Numbered from the whole stretch's first letter, positions 26,954 to 42,469 are shown. The stretch is 62,270 nucleotides of DNA, filler included, from Dugesia japonica (GCA_001938525.1; 7 parts of 7 records of this genome joined end to end with filler, not necessarily neighbours in it); one strand, 5' to 3'. Numbers and translations: made by a program. Notes: generated by a model not told the origin, from the sequence alone.

Positions 26954-29450
26954 TACTTTTTCTGCTCTAGCATGACACAAAAGATGGTGTATCCTTAATA
27001 TAATCTTTTCTACTTTATTATCAGGTATCCATGTTCTTACATCATTCTCACTAAAATTGCCTTTTTTGTCTTGTATTTAATGTTCTTGTTTTTAATTTTC
27101 CAATTTTGGGATCTTCATGCGACATTAGACATTGTGTATATGTACCGCATTCATTAATAGACAACATATCCGCATTTGTATGAAGTCATCCTTCTTTATA
27201 TTCCAATTTTATATCTAAACTGATCAAATAATTAATCCAAGTTTGAAACTGTGATTTCACGGGATTCTTGGTATTTAGCATAAAAGTGATGGATTTATGG
27301 TCTGTTCTGAGGACAAACTTCATTCCATTTAAGTAATGTTTGAAATGAATACAAAAGTAGTAAATTGCTAGCAATTCTTTCCGTGTAGTTCAATATTTTT
27401 TCTAATGACTCGTCATTGCATGAGACCCATATGCAATTACTCTTTCTTGCCCATTGTTGTTCTTTGAAGATAGTACTGCCCCAAGCGTATCAAAACTCGA
27501 ATCCGTGTCCAAATTAAATTCTCTATTTATATCTGGAAAATATAATATTGGAGACATCATTAGTGTTTCTTTTATTCCATTAAAAATTTCTTCTAATTCA
27601 TTCGCCCATTTAATATTCTTGTTACTTGGCTCACTATACAGTTGTTCAGCAATCTAGCTTTTTTCGAATAATCTTTAATAAACTTGCGATAGTAATTGCA
27701 AATTCCTAAAAAGATTCTCATTTTCTTAACGCAGTTTGGTTTATCAAAGTTCTTAATTGCTTCTATTTTATTTGGATCTGTTTTGACATTTTCTTTATTG
27801 ATAATGTGTCCCAAAAGTTTGATTTCTTTTTGCATGAATTGACATTTCTCTGGATTAACTTTTAGACCAGCCTTTTTAATTTCTGTCATTACTTTATTGG
27901 CTACTTTATAGTGTTGCTCCTTTGATTTGGTAAATATGAGAATATCATCTAGATAAATTATTGCTTCTTTTATTTTCCGGATCACTTTATTCATCATTTC
28001 CTCGAACGTCCGTGGTGCTGCTGAAATTCCAAAAGGCATTTTATTGAAACAAAATTGCCCTTGTTTGGTGGAAAAGCCGTCTTTTCTTGAGAATCTTCAC
28101 TGAGTTGCAATTGATAATATGCATTTCCCAAGTCTATTGAGCCAAAATACTGCGTAACTTCCAAAGCATCCAGCATTTAGTCCACATTTTGCATAGGAAA
28201 AGCTTGTCCTTTTGTTATTGCTTGAGCTGTCTAAAATCTAAGCATGATAGTATATTCTTTTTTTCCTTTTTCCAAATCCAGATTAATGGCCTATTTCATT
28301 GCAAATTAAACTTCTGGATGATACCATTGTCATATAGATTTTTGATGAACTCTTTAATTTTTTCCTCTAGATTCATTGATTAGCGATACGGTTTTATGTT
28401 GATAGGACCTTCTTTAGTGATTATTCGATGCTTTTTTAAGTGTGTACTGCCAATATTCCATTTATATGTCATAGATACATCCTCATTGTTTTGAATAATC
28501 ACAGTCAATCTATGATCTTTGTTAATTTTTAGAATCTTTATTGCTTGTCTCAATTGTTCACCCGTCTGTATCTGCCTTCCAGATGTTTCCTCAATATTGC
28601 AAACAAATTTTTCTCGATGATTATTGATGTCTATCCTGCACTTTTATTTGAAGATGATACTCAAAAGTATTCTGAATTTCGACTCCACTAATTAGATATG
28701 GTAATAATTAATCTCTCTACTATTATAAATATTACTTCCTTGCACACCTTTGAAACTACAACTTCTTGTCTCCAATGAGATTTAATTCGCGCAATGCAAT
28801 CGTTCTTCGCTTTTCTCTAACATTGTTTCTTTGAGTCTATTAAATCCTTTCATGCTCATCACATTTTTATTTGCTCATGTATTTCACAAACAATGAAACT
28901 GTTCTTCCTTGCATTTTTTCATATGAAATTTTTACATTCTGTTTCTCTTCAATTGCTCATATCACTTCTGTTTTGTTAATTTTTGCATCATTTAAATATT
29001 TTCGTTTTAGGAATCTGTAAACCTTTTCTTTCACTTTACTCGTCTCTTACCGTTTTTCAGTCTTTTGAGGACATTCAAACGGTATCTCGTTAAATGAATG
29101 GCTCCAACCAACTTCTCTAGTCACGGAGCCCTGCCTTTTGAATATTTTCTTCTTTGATCTTCATTTTTTATTATGCTCCCAGAAAATATCTCTTCATTCT
29201 TTTATCATAATCTTCTTAAATGGCATGAATTGGTTAGGTCCGAATCCAATCTTTTGTTTGTTGTTCGCTTTTAAAATTGTATTTTCTCTCTTCTAGTCTT
29301 GTGTTATTAATGTGACCTCGTCTTTTACATCTACCAAATAAAATTTCTTTGCACATATTTCTGATGTGACTAATCTTACCGCACCCAAAACATTTTAGTG
29401 GTTTCTTATCTGGACAATTTCTACTTAAATGTTCTTTTTTCATTATTTAT
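26954..29450 (-). mobile_element. Ty3/Gypsy gag-pol, decayed
   Basis: CCHC knuckles (29234-29443), RT motifs IDLGNAYYQL, MPFGISAAP and YLDDILI, and RNase H motif RTDHK. Confidence 0.95.
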
Positions 29451-31469
29451 TCAAATTTTATTCTTGTCGTTTACCTAATTGTAATCGACAGCATTATTTA
29501 TTGTGGTTGAAATATCAACACTGTTTTTGAAAGTTATACATTATGATTGAACATTGTTTTATAGGTGTTGTATAAAACTGAATATGTTTACAACATTTGT
29601 CTTGTGTAAAATGTTTTCAATAATTTGAATTATAAATGCAATACAGGTGCAGTAATAAGAAAGAAATTCAGTAGAGATTCAATTATTCAGTGAATCATAC
29701 ACATAATAACAATTGTACTGTGGTTGAAAAATCAATATTATGTTCTTTAAAAACTATTATTTTTAATAAAAATTATTTGTTTTCAATTTATTTTTATTTA
29801 TTTGTTTTCAATTTATTTTTAAAAGTATGCATAAACCAATAAAACATTTCAAAATCTGCATATACATCGATAGCAGTTTTCAGTCATAACATAGAAGTCG
29901 ACAGAACCTTCGAGATCCCACGTAAAACATAGGAAAACATTTTCAAAAATTGCAGAAAGTTTAACAAAGAAAGTGCAATACACGTGTAAATTAAACAAAG
30001 AATTTAGTAATGACGAATATTTCACTAGGTATTTTATTTTTCATCTCATAACAGCTTTATCAGTTATTACATTGCAAATATAATGATACCAAGTTTCATG
30101 CAGTTTTGATAAAAAAATGTCAAAAAACCATTATTAAAATTTATTTTTAATATTGCAATATTTACACGCAGTAAGTGTACAGTACGCATACATGATGAAA
30201 ATATTTCATTAATATTTTAAGTAAATTTTATCTATTTACAATTTTTAAGTAGCTAATAGCGAATATTTTATCATTCTTTTATCAAATGCGTCATTATTTA
30301 AATTTAAATTTTACATGTAAAATGTCTAAGTAAGTATTTGTTATACTGATTTGAAAAAATCAATGGTATCTTTTATTCGTAAAGAAATGATAACAAAAAA
30401 AAATTTTTTAAATTATTTTTTAAAAATACTTTGTTTTTGGTTTTTTGATTTTCTCAATGAACATGCATTTGTTGGTATTAGCTCTTTAGAAAATGTATAA
30501 ACCGTGTTTAATTCTCTATTCAATAGTATTAAATTTGAGTAAAGTTGTTAAAAAAGTATCTGTAAATGTAAAAGTAACTGTAAAAGGTTTTTAAGATTTT
30601 AAAATTTTGAATCTTTAATAGTTTATCACCAATTTGTCCGTTTGAACTTTTGACTTGACATTATTATCCGTGATCTGATTGCATATCCAATTATGCTGAG
30701 TTGAAAACATGTATCTACTTGTTTTAAATTCAAAATCTTGAACTTTTAATTGTCTTTGTTTCAATGCGCTATTATCTAGTTCATGGGAGGCCAAGAAGCG
30801 ACCTACCTTGAACATTTTTTCAACCTTCATGATTCATCACACTTTTACAAAATATATTTATTTTATAATGCCCAAAGTAGTGAAAACTAATGTGTGATGA
30901 ATCATCACATGTTCATTAAAAAGTTTAGAAATCTACGTAAAAATTAATTTATTTGAATAGGCTTGTTATTAAATTACACATATAAACATGTAGTTTACAT
31001 GTAAGAATAAAAGTAAACACAATAATAATAACACACATTAATAATGTTAAAATTTTTCACTCCAAAGGAAATGTCTATAACAAGTCTAAATATAATATGG
31101 GATTATAATTTTATATGCCCTTGAAGTTATAATGCATTTCCAAAATGGCCCTGAAGATCATTTGGATTGGCCACCCATGCTCTAGCTATTACGGAAAGAC
31201 ACCTTTTTAGGCAATGTATAGGTAATTTTTGATTTTTTTTCTGATGAATGTGGTTTCAAGTTAACTATTGGAATCATCCATATTTATTTATTTGACTGAT
31301 TTTAAAGTTTATGTATTGATTTTGACCTTTGTATGATTGGGTATAATTTTTACGTAATGTGTTACAATTTGTATTGTGTTGGCTTAAACTTTAGTAAATT
31401 CTAGTAAAGTTTTATGAATTCTCAAATACTTCTATTGAATTATTATGAATATTCATGTACTTCGTAATA

Positions 31470-31830
31470 ATTAGATAGAAGTATATGAGAATTCATAAAG
31501 ATTTACTAGATGGTGAAATAATTTCTCAAATATTTGCTAGAAGTATATAATAATGATCTAAACATTACAAGAAAATATATCAAAAATCTTAAACATTTGC
31601 TAGAAGTATGCAAATAGTTTATATAGTATAATATAATAATTAAATAGTATATAAAATTTCTAGAAACATTTACTAGAAGTTGATAAAAGTATCGAAATCC
31701 TATGTAAAACAATAGGAAAATAATTCAAATATTTAATAGAAATATATAAAAATTATCTAAAAATTACTAGAAGTATATAATAACTATCAAAAGATTATTA
31801 GAAGTATATAGATTGGTTATATATCAATAA
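31470..31830. repeat. Degenerate tandem repeat with TAGAAGTATATA core
   Basis: The core recurs about 8 times at ~30-60 bp spacing. Confidence 0.6.
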
Positions 31831-32421
31831 ATATATTCATACACTTAATCTACTCAATTCATTTTATTAGCCAACATAATACTAAATATAGTGAATCAAC
31901 TCACTCAAAACAATCAATTAATTTAATCCATATCATTCATTCACTCTATTCACTCATGTCAATAATCTAATTTCATTATCATATATACTATTTTATTAAA
32001 GAATATATAAAGAATACATAATCTTGTGAATAGTATAACAATTTTAATCAACCATGTATAAATATTTCATACGTAAACAATAATTTCATACTATTCTCAC
32101 CAAACTTTCAATACAATAATACCATTTTTATTCCAATTTCATTGAATCACACAAATATACTTTATTTTTAATAAAATATATATTGATTTTGTTGAGAACT
32201 ATACAAATCTCATGCAAACATTTATAAATTTTAATACGTTTTCTAAAACATAGCACTTTTGTTCAAAATATGTGCTTAACACTTTTAATTATTTGATACA
32301 ACTGAGACCTGTAATATACTTAATCTACTTAATACATTCAATATAATCAACCAATTCATCAAATTTAATAAAAGCATTCAATACATACGATCTATTTATT
32401 TCACCAAGATTACTTAATTAC

Positions 32422-34230
32422 TAGGGCCTACGATTTACCGTGGCAAAAATTTTATTAAATTCCATGGCACATTGCAGATGACATAGTNTGCTAGTTTACG
32501 CAATAAATTATTAGTAATAATTTTACAGTGAAATATAATTAAATGCAAAAAAACTCAAATCAATTTAAATGAAAAAAATATTGCAATAATTATTTATTAT
32601 TAAAGTAAATGGCATTGCAGGCTTTTAGGTTTTGCTGTGACAGAGAATATCTTAGTGGCGATAGTATTGTTTCATATTTCGAGAATGAGCGTTCAACATC
32701 AACAGAAGAGATCGGCAAGGCTATGTATACTTTAGCAAAATTTTTTAAGTGAGGCAATCTTTCCTCTAACGCCAAAAATCATTGATATTAGCATGCTTCA
32801 TGAGATTTCTTTTCTAAATAAGCTTGCCATTCATCCGCTACATCTATCATTGCCGGAACTAATTTTGCATATTCTCCAAATTTTTTTGATAAGAGTGGTA
32901 GTTATCCTGGATTAACTATTCTGACAAATCTAAATAAATTTATTACTGGTTGTTTAATTCCATACACATATTCTGTAAGTTTAGTAGCAGCATTGTGCAT
33001 TGTATCTTCACAGCTGCTAATTGCAAGGGGAAATTTGTAGGATTTCAGAAAAGACAGTAAGTCAGACTCTTTGTTGAAAACATCGACAGCCATAAATGAC
33101 TTTGTCTTAAAAGAAGTCAGATAGCTCATAATTGGCTGGCAGTGAACACATGAAAATTCAAGTTTAGCTCTCAGCTCTTTCAATGTATTAGTGCTTTGCA
33201 GTCCTGCTGACAGCTTATTTAACTTTATTTTAGCTCTACTGTGTTTGATTTCAGCAGCAACAAATGACATATAAATGTCAAATTATTCAACGTGATACTT
33301 CACGGCTTCGAACCAAGAGTTTTATTTTGTGATTACTCGAGTCTGCGTCATGATTGCCTTTTCGGCATTTATTTGTCACAGATGATGAAGATATCTGGCA
33401 CGGCGTCCTGGTGATTTGTAGAAAATGGACTTGACAGAAGCAGCCAGCATATTAGAAAGTTCAAGTGCTTCATGAAACTCTTCTCCAACTAATGACAAAA
33501 TATGCGCCCAACATGTTATATGAATGGCACTTGGCGATATTCCTTGCAAATGGTGCTGAAAACATTTTTCTATATAAACTGCATTATCTGTGACAAATTC
33601 CACAATGTTATTGTTAAGAAATCTGTATTAACTAACATTGCTATGCATTCATCTTGTTTAAGAGCATTGAGTGGCTTAAAAAGCACATTCACAACGTAAC
33701 GTCCAACAACATCAGTGGTTTCATCAGCTATAATCGCCACTTTCTGTCTGGCTAATTTTGCTATTATATTAGCGTGATTTTGTTTGTAAAATTTTGGAAC
33801 ATATTCCTTGAACGTATTTGCTTGCGCTATCTTTTACCACCCTTTACGTTTTTCTGTATGAAACTGCGCAATATAGGGTTGTCAAGTTTCTCCCAGAGGT
33901 ATATTGGCTGCCATAAATGCTTCAACTAATTTTATAACTAAAATATCTTTACAGCAGTAGCATAGCTTAATCTTTCAATAAATTCTATGATGGTACTTTG
34001 TCGTTTGGTGTTTGTAGAGTCATTCTGTTATCGTGCTGTCTTCTGCTTGCACGCGCTGTATGCTTTCTTGTTGCCAGATACTCTGTCGTTTAATATAATC
34101 AACTGATTCATTGCAGGTCTTAAAACACATTAAACCCCCATCGGTGAAGAATTAATCCTGTCCAAATTCTTTAATTCGCTGTACCGGACTAATATTTATT
34201 GCAGTTTTATTGCGTTGTTTGTTCATTGCT
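32422..34230 (-). mobile_element. hAT transposon (CGGBP1-like transposase), frameshifted
   Basis: Motifs IADETTD, VTDNA, HITCWAHIL and LPISSVDVERSFS. Terminus TAGGGCCTA at 32422. Confidence 0.9.
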
Positions 34231-37011
34231 ATACTAAAGGATTAATATTAGAAATGTATAATAATTTAATTTAACAATTAATAATAATTTATTTTAATAA
34301 TTATACCAAAAACAATTTCAAAAATTATACAATTTTAATATATATTATATTCCAAAATTAGAAGTTAATTAAATCAGAAACTTTCAAAAATTTACAAAAT
34401 ATTACAAAATATATATTGAATATTATTAAACAATTACTTTCATTAAACATTGATAACATAACAATGAGCATTTCATAATTAATAATCACATCTAGAAATT
34501 GATATTTCAGATTTATATATAGATTGATATTAAACTAAAACAATATTTTAATAATTTCTTACATGATGAATGATCAGTAAATTTATCAGACGTATTACAT
34601 AATTAAAAGGTTGAATTACAGAATTCCGCGACGCGGTTGTGAAATCAGCAAATTCCAACTACTGGTGAAAACCTATCGATAAAAAATTAAAATATGGTTA
34701 GCGAAAAATTTTTAAATACTAAAAAGATTCAAAAATAATTTAAAATAATTTTAAAATAAAAGATTTTTCGCAAAATTTCAAATTTGAAAAAATCTAAATA
34801 TTTCGAAAAAAGTCGAACCAGGCACTCATAAAGTACGACCAAAAGTTATGTGATCGTACATAATTTTTTCTCGTCGCCTATTTACATTGCGAATTTTCCA
34901 ACTTACTTACGTAAACACACACAAATCTTTGTTTCCGCTGATTTACATTGGAAAATAGCAACTCACTTTTTTTTCCCACGTGTGGGAGAAGGATGAGCTG
35001 GTGCGCTATTATCCTACTACTTATTGTTGTCGTCATTGCTTTTTTATAGACAGTTTTGAATTCTAATTCTAAGGGTAGCAAAATTGAAGCCATACAATAA
35101 TTTTTAACTGATAAAAACAAACACCAGAGAGAATTTCTCGCTATTACATACCTATAATTAATATTCAATTGAATTATTGAATTAAATTCAGTTATAATTC
35201 TTAGATTGAATATATAATTATTTATGATGTTCAGAATTATTTTGTAAATATTATTGTCTAAAACAATTTTTAAAACAAAATAAAGTATTGTAGTGAAACA
35301 TGTCTAACTGAAAAGTAATTTCCATTCTAGCAATAATATAATAATTTATTCTAATTATTGAACTCATTAACACCTATTCAGTGTTTGCGTAGATAATAAA
35401 AATTTATTACGTTAGAAAATGGAAATTAATTTTATTCATTATTTTACTAATTGCACTAATATTCATAAAAGTCATATTCAGATATTTCAATTCTATTGAT
35501 TATCGCTAATTCATAGTTCAGTTTGGTTGTAATTATTCTGCATAACATATTTTCATTCNNNNNNNNNNNNNNNNNNNNNNNNNNNNNNNNNNNNNNNNNN
35601 NNTTAATTAATTAANNNNNNNNNNNNNNNNNNNNNNNNNNNNNNNNNNNNNNNNNNNNTTCTGTCCCAACATTATTATTATTATTATTATCAGTTTAAAT
35701 AATAAGTTCAAGTACTTTTTGTTGGTAACCTTAAAGAATTTATTTTTATAATCAATTTATAAAAGCATTTCATTCATAAAACTTTGACATAAAACTCAAA
35801 TTACTCCTGAAAAAGTAACGTCTTACTCATATTATAATAACTATTTATGTTGAAAAATAAGTTTCCAACAATTACTGAGACTTTTAAAGTAATTTTCGAA
35901 AAGTGTATTAGATTTGATTTTTACTTTTTCTGTTTTAATTATATATTCAAATCTTGTGGTCAAAATTTTGGATACTTTTTTCAAGTCTAGTCAAAATTTC
36001 ATATTATATATAATATAATGTATCAAAATTCGATTAGTGTAATGATTGAATAATGGGTTTTGTTTAAAATGAATAGCCATTGTAAATTATTCAGAACTAA
36101 ATGATTAACAAAACAATTTAGATGAGTTGGCAATGTTTTTGAAAATAAGGAAAGTTTAAATGCATAATAAGAAAGGAAATTGTACTTGCTTTTGTTTGTA
36201 TTTCCGATTGTTGAAACTTTCATGGTTTAGAAAATCTATTGGTAGAATAATAATGCGATCATATAGAACACATTAAATATAAATTAAATAGAAACAATCG
36301 GGGTAACATTAATCTAGAAATAGAAATACTTGAGTTATAACTACAAAGCTCAAGAAAGAATTGAACTAAATTGAGACGAAAATCAAAATTAAACATCATA
36401 ACNNNNNNNNNNNNNNNNNNNNNNNNNNNNNNNNNNNNNNNNNNNNNNNNNNAAACAATTTAGATGAGTTGGCAATGTTTTTGAAAATAAGGAAAGTTTA
36501 AATGCATAATAAGAAAGGAAATTGTATTTGCTTTTGTTTGTATTTCCGATTGTTGAAACTTTCATGGTTTAGAAAATCTATTGGTACAATAATAATGAGA
36601 TCATATAGAACACATTAAATATAAATTAAATAGAAATAATCGGGGCAACATTAATCTAAAAATAGAAATTCTTGAGCTATAACTACAAAGGTCAAGAAAG
36701 AATTGAACTAAATTGAGATGAAAATCAAAATTAAACATCATAACGTAAATTAATAATAAAATAATAAAGTGTCGTAATGAATACAAAGAAAATCCGAAGA
36801 ACGCCTAATGGTATCTGGATAGCATGTTGAGTAACAATATTTTAAAGGTTAGATTTCATTTAAACTTAAATTTCTATTCCAAATTCATATTAAAAAATAT
36901 AAGCATCAAATTAAGAAATTTTTCAATATCAACAACATTATAACAAAATTTTTACTTTACATTCCAACAAATATAAAATTGGAAACTTGATAAATCAACA
37001 AAATTATTAAA

Positions 37012-37919
37012 TTAGGTTTTTCGGTTTACACGATACGTTTTACTCCAGATATCCATTAAACAAATTGATGAATGAAATCGAAAAAATATTATTAATGGCA
37101 AGAGTGTATGTGTGATAATGCTCCAAGGAGTTTTTTGGTAATATTTCGTAAAAATTAAGTGTTCGTCGGATCGTTTAGCTTCAAAAATACTAACAATCCA
37201 TAACGCTAAATTGATAACAATTAGAAATGTTACTAAAGATCTTCCGGGTTTGAGCTTTACTTGAATTTCACTAATTGTTCCTTTTCTTGAGCTTTCAAGT
37301 ACAAAAAGAACTTGTATAGATGACTGTATTATTTCTGTAAGAGACTTTAAAATAAACAAAATAATGATCAAAGAATATTTCGGATTGTCTAATCTTATAA
37401 ACGAATCAATTGTTGAAATAAATAAGAAAAGATTATATGAAAAGACACCAGCCAAACCAATTAAAAGAAGATTATCATCCAATGCTTGTTCTTCTGTTAA
37501 CTGTCGGAATTGCAAACTTCTCATTTTAATAAAAGCCCAAATAAGAGTTATAATTCCTGAAATTAAAAGTATTATTTCTGATGATTGATAAACGAGAATC
37601 GATAGAGCCTTTGTTGCTATTTTCTTTCTAAAAAGAAAAAATATAGCAACCCCAACTAAAGTAACCATAAAGAAAAACAATCCAATAAATAGTCCTCGAT
37701 GTGATCTGTGACATTCTGAATATTTAACTCTACTTTCTTCTGTAGGTGCAGTGTACTTGTCCCGATAATGAGGTTCTTTGTATTTTCTCCCAACTTTTTG
37801 AAGCATTTTATAAAATATGGCAGCACTAATTAAACTATATTCAATTGAACAAGGAAATAAATATGGTGACACTGTGTATGATAATTGTTGAGAACAGTTT
37901 GAGTAACTGTCGGTTTCAT
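37012..37919 (-). CDS. otop: Otopetrin family proton channel, terminal exon
   Basis: Motifs SPYLFPCSIEYSLI, GLFIG, KPGRSLVTFLIVINLALW and PLIIFFRFHSSICL. The acceptor TTTAG at 37920-37924 is phase-compatible with the upstream exon. Confidence 0.95.
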
Positions 37920-37997
37920 CTAAATCGAATCAATTATGAATATAAATATTAAAAAAATCTTAAAAAAATTTAAATAATTTAACTATTAAAAAAATAA

Positions 37998-38391
37998 ATA
38001 ACGTCATTTAAAATAAAAATTTATTGTTATATATTTTGACAGATCAACCGTCATCATCAGACATAATGAAAAATATGAGATTATTCAGTCTACATTATTC
38101 AAACAAAGATTCAAGCAATTATACTGAATATAAGATGGTTATAATCAAAAAAATTTTATAATAAAATAATAGAATATTTAAAATTTTTAAAACCTATATA
38201 AAATTAAAAAAACAAGAAATTTTTTTTTACTCCAAGTAATTTTTCAAATTTCAAATTAAAAATGTATTGAAATTTTAAAAAAACTATAATAAAATTATAA
38301 TTGATTGAATCTTTGTTTAAATAATACAGACTGAATAATCTCATATCCGTCGAAAAATATAACAATTAAATTTTATTTTAAATGGCGTTAT
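37998..38391. repeat. Long imperfect inverted repeat in an otopetrin intron with a hammerhead relic
   Basis: Outer arms AATAACGTCATTTAAAA / TTTTAAATGGCGTTATT and inner arms ATATGAGATTATTCAGTCT / AGACTGAATAATCTCATAT. The minus strand carries CTGATGA TGAC...GTC AAAA. Confidence 0.75.
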
Positions 38392-39343
38392 TTAATTTTT
38401 ATCAAACATTTGTTATAGTTTCTTTCATATTAATTTAATTACCCTATAAACATTTTAAAGCTCTTTAAACAAATTAATAAAATATGATAAATTCTTTCAA
38501 TAATTATTTATGTACATATTTACATTGATTTTCACATCTAATTAATTTTCTAAATGAATTATTAGTATTTCTACAATAAATATAAATTTATAGAAATTGT
38601 TTTATTTAAAACGGTATTTTATAAAATTTTTATATAAAATCAAATCATCAAAACTTTATATTATTTTGTTTTAATCTCTTATTTTTAAAGATAATTGAAT
38701 GAATGAACGAAAGATTGGTTAATAAGAGAAATTCCAATAAAAACTTTATTCATTAAAACAAATTAATTTCTTCAATATATTCTAAACTTTTTGAACTTTT
38801 TAATTTTCAAATTACCCTTTTTTATTTATTAGTAAGTATTTAAATAAGTTATTATTTTTTATTTAAATTAATTTTAAAAAGACGTTTTAATAAATTATCT
38901 TATTTACAAATTTTAAATCCAATAAAAATCTATACATTTAGAAAAATATCTCAATACTTAATACTTAATAAGTTTAAATTCTTAAATCTATCTTAGAAAT
39001 TAAAAATAAAAAACCGAATTAAAAAATCTATACACTAACTAAATTTCATAGTTTTCATTTATTAGGTGTGTGAATTAGTTTCCGGATTCAGATTAAAAAC
39101 GCCACAATTGAAATATGCAATTAAAATACATTAATGAGATATATGCTATTTAAAACTGTCAATAAATATCTATTAATTCCAGTATGAAAATGTTTTGTTT
39201 AAATATTCATCATTTTATAATCAAACATGGAAATAATTTTTTAACTCTTAGAAACAAATAAACCAATTCTTAATAGAAATTAAGAAATTATATATCTGCT
39301 TTTTATAAGTTCAACATTTAATAACTATTTATAAAGTTGATAC

Positions 39344-39488
39344 TTGTTTTCATATTTTGCAGAAGATGATGTTCAATTAATTCATGATTGATTTCATAAA
39401 CCACAGTCTTGAACCATTGACAAATATTCGAAGTAACAAGATTATATAAAATAAACCGAATAGTTGCTTTGTGTTTCAAAAATATTAT
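39344..39488 (-). CDS. otop: Otopetrin internal exon
   Basis: Reads IIFLKHKATIRFILYNLVTSNICQWFKTVVYE, matching the RF...TN.C.W....E motif. AG/GT boundaries; the donor position is less certain. Confidence 0.85.
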
Positions 39489-39564
39489 CTATAAAAAGAT
39501 CAAATTTATTTTCTTCGAAATTAAAATTTTTTATTAATTAAAATGTATTTAATAAGGTGCTTAC

Positions 39565-39722
39565 TCTGTGATATTTGAAAACGAAAAATGTTTGAATAAA
39601 AATATATGTTAAATGCAAAATATGTTTAGGAGTCCATAATTCATTGTGACAATTATCGCCTTCTAATCTGAATTTGTCAGCAATTTTAAAACCATCATGA
39701 ACCATTACTCCAAAACCAAAAC
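39565..39722 (-). CDS. otop: Otopetrin internal exon
   Basis: Reads FGFGVMVHDG...HLTYIFIQTFFVFKYHR, with a TATAG acceptor and GTAAGC donor. Confidence 0.9.
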
Positions 39723-40404
39723 CTATAAAAAAAATAAATAAAAGAAATCCTGGTAATATTGATTTAATTAATTAAAAATATTTGTATTATGTTATGAAAT
39801 ACAAAGTTAAATTAAAATGTAACCATATAACGGGACAAACGTAGTAATTCTTACAAATTTCCCGTTTTTATTTATCTATAGAATTTGAATAAAATAAAAA
39901 TTAAATTAAATATATTTATTAAAGAATATAAAAAACTAAATATCATTATATAATAAACATTTAAATATTATAAATAAAATCTTTTGATTATTTTTTATTA
40001 TAAATTATTTGTCTTTAAATTTTAGGCAGTCTTTCTAGATCAATTCAAAAAGTGAAAATAAACAATGGATTTTAAACATTAAAATTTTTAAATTATATAG
40101 TTATTTAATATAAAAACAATTCTATTCGGATTCATTTTCTTTTCATAAAAAGTAATATACAACGCAAACAAACTATAATATATTATTTCGATTATTATTT
40201 TTATTTTTATTTGAGTTCGATCACTTATTCTTCTCACCTATCCAGTGCACGAACGGGATACAAATATATTACATGCGACTATTGGATGTTACAATGCTAG
40301 ACGTGAGTAGTGGAGGTTTAATAACTTATTTTATGTTTACATTTTAAAAATTTGTTTAAATTTTTGTGAAAAAAATAAAATGAAAAAACAGAACAAAGTG
40401 AATT

Positions 40405-41180
40405 ATTAGATTGTAAACAAATAAATTGCGGTTTTTGGAATTTTTGTTTTTCATGATGATTTTTTAAATAAAATTTATTTTTATTATTATAAAGTAGGTT
40501 ATTAATTTGAAGCGAGTTGTTCTAATAAATTATTATAATTTAAAATACTTTTGAGTTAATTATTGAAACATTTTCCTGGAATTTGATGAAAAATCAAAAT
40601 AAAAATAATTTTGCTATCTGTACTCAAAAAAGTTAAGAAAGTTTCACAAATCACTTAAAATATCAATCTTATATTTGGGTTTCGAAAATTTAAAACTGGA
40701 GATGCGATTTCTAAGATGAAGAAGGCCTTGGAGGAAACCCTGCAATCGACATTGATTAGTTGAATGAGTTAGTTGAAACTGATCAATTATTTGGAGACTT
40801 GCTTCTGAACTAGGCGTATCAGCCATAACCCTTCATAACCATGTGCAAGAAATTAAAATAAAATCGATGAAATGAACCAGAATGTGAAGCTGAGCTATTC
40901 GGTTCATGTAAATAGAAAGAAGCCAATACTTCAGCATGATAACACTTGACAACACTTGGCACAATATATTTTACAAAAATTAAACCAGTCAGACTATAAA
41001 ATTCTGCCTCACTTGCATACTAACCAAACCTCTCGTCTATTAATAACCATTTTTTTAAAAAGATTTGGACAGTTCTTTAAACAATTGCATCCAGAACACT
41101 ATATTTATATTATATATATATTTACAACAAACTTATAATTTGTTGGGTGAAATGTTTATAAATGGGTTTTAATTTGATTA
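40405..41180 (+). mobile_element. mariner remnant
   Basis: mariner TIR, LQHDN and YKILPH motifs; related to 50148-51303. Confidence 0.75.
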
Positions 41181-42469
41181 GTAAATTTTTTTCGATCTAA
41201 TACAATCTAAAATGATACAAAAATTAAGANNNNNNNNNNNNNNNNNNNNNNNNNNNNNNNNNNNNNNNNNNNNNNNNNNNNNNNNNNNNNNNNNNNNNNN
41301 NNNNNNNNNNNNNNNNNNNNNNNNNNNNTTTAAATATAATAAAATAAATGAAATTCCATTAAAAAATATATTTATTACTATATTACTATATTTATTACCA
41401 TTTTTAGTCGTGAAAAACTTGTTAAATATATTCAATATTTTATAAAAGTATGTAATGTCTTTAAAATAAATTAATTCGAGTTCAGGTAATTAAATTTACT
41501 TTGTAAAGTACTTTTATTTTATTGCTTTTTCTAAATTTAATAAACCTTTAAAAGTTATCAGTTATTCGTATAATTACTTATTAAACTTTTACATTTTTCA
41601 GTACTACAATATTCAATTTTTTCAGATATTTTTCTAAATATTTTCTTTTAAATTTCAACTGACTAATTAACATTTTTTTAATTTAGATTAATTAATTAAT
41701 GAATTTCAATAGTTTAGAATACGCAATACTTTATTTACAAATTTACAAATGATATTTGATTTACTAGATATATAACTTGTGTTATCGATTTTTATTTGTT
41801 GATTTATAAGAAAATACCGAAAAAACAAGTTTGACTGACAATAAAATTTAGAGAAAGGTAGGATCTTAAAGTACGATTAAGTAATCTTTTTGAATAGAAC
41901 ACGCAAAGATTGATAGTCACCATACAGGAGGAGAATTATAAAATTCTATAAGTTTTTTAGAGAATGCCTAATGCCGAGAACTATTATAGGTATATTACTT
42001 CATTTAGTAGATAATATTAATATTAATGTTAATATGTAAGTAGAAATTGGTTCAACTTATATATATACTTATAACATATAAGTAATACCATAAGTAATAA
42101 CATTAAAACTTACTAAGTTTTAAGAAGAATCATAATTCGGATGTAGAACTGTTTATTTATTATTTTTTATTCATCAATAGTTGATCATGAAAAATTAGCA
42201 ATCAAAATGATGGTCACTAGACTCTCATCATATCATGGGAACGTCTTCGTTTAACTCTATTCGTGGTCTTTTCAAATTTTTTAATAAACTTTAATAATAA
42301 TAAACACAATTTTGGCAAAAGGATTTTCTCATACCAAATATATATTANGTCATTTGAAAAGTAATGGCGGATTTCTAAAGCAAATTATAAACTGTCATAA
42401 TTGAGTTCATTATAAGAAATTTATTAAAAATAATCATCCTTAAAATATATGAAATTTTGAAAACGTTTT

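Noticed and set aside
36110-36742. ~290-bp direct duplication
   Set aside because: It flanks an N gap with few differences, so it is probably uncollapsed haplotypes.
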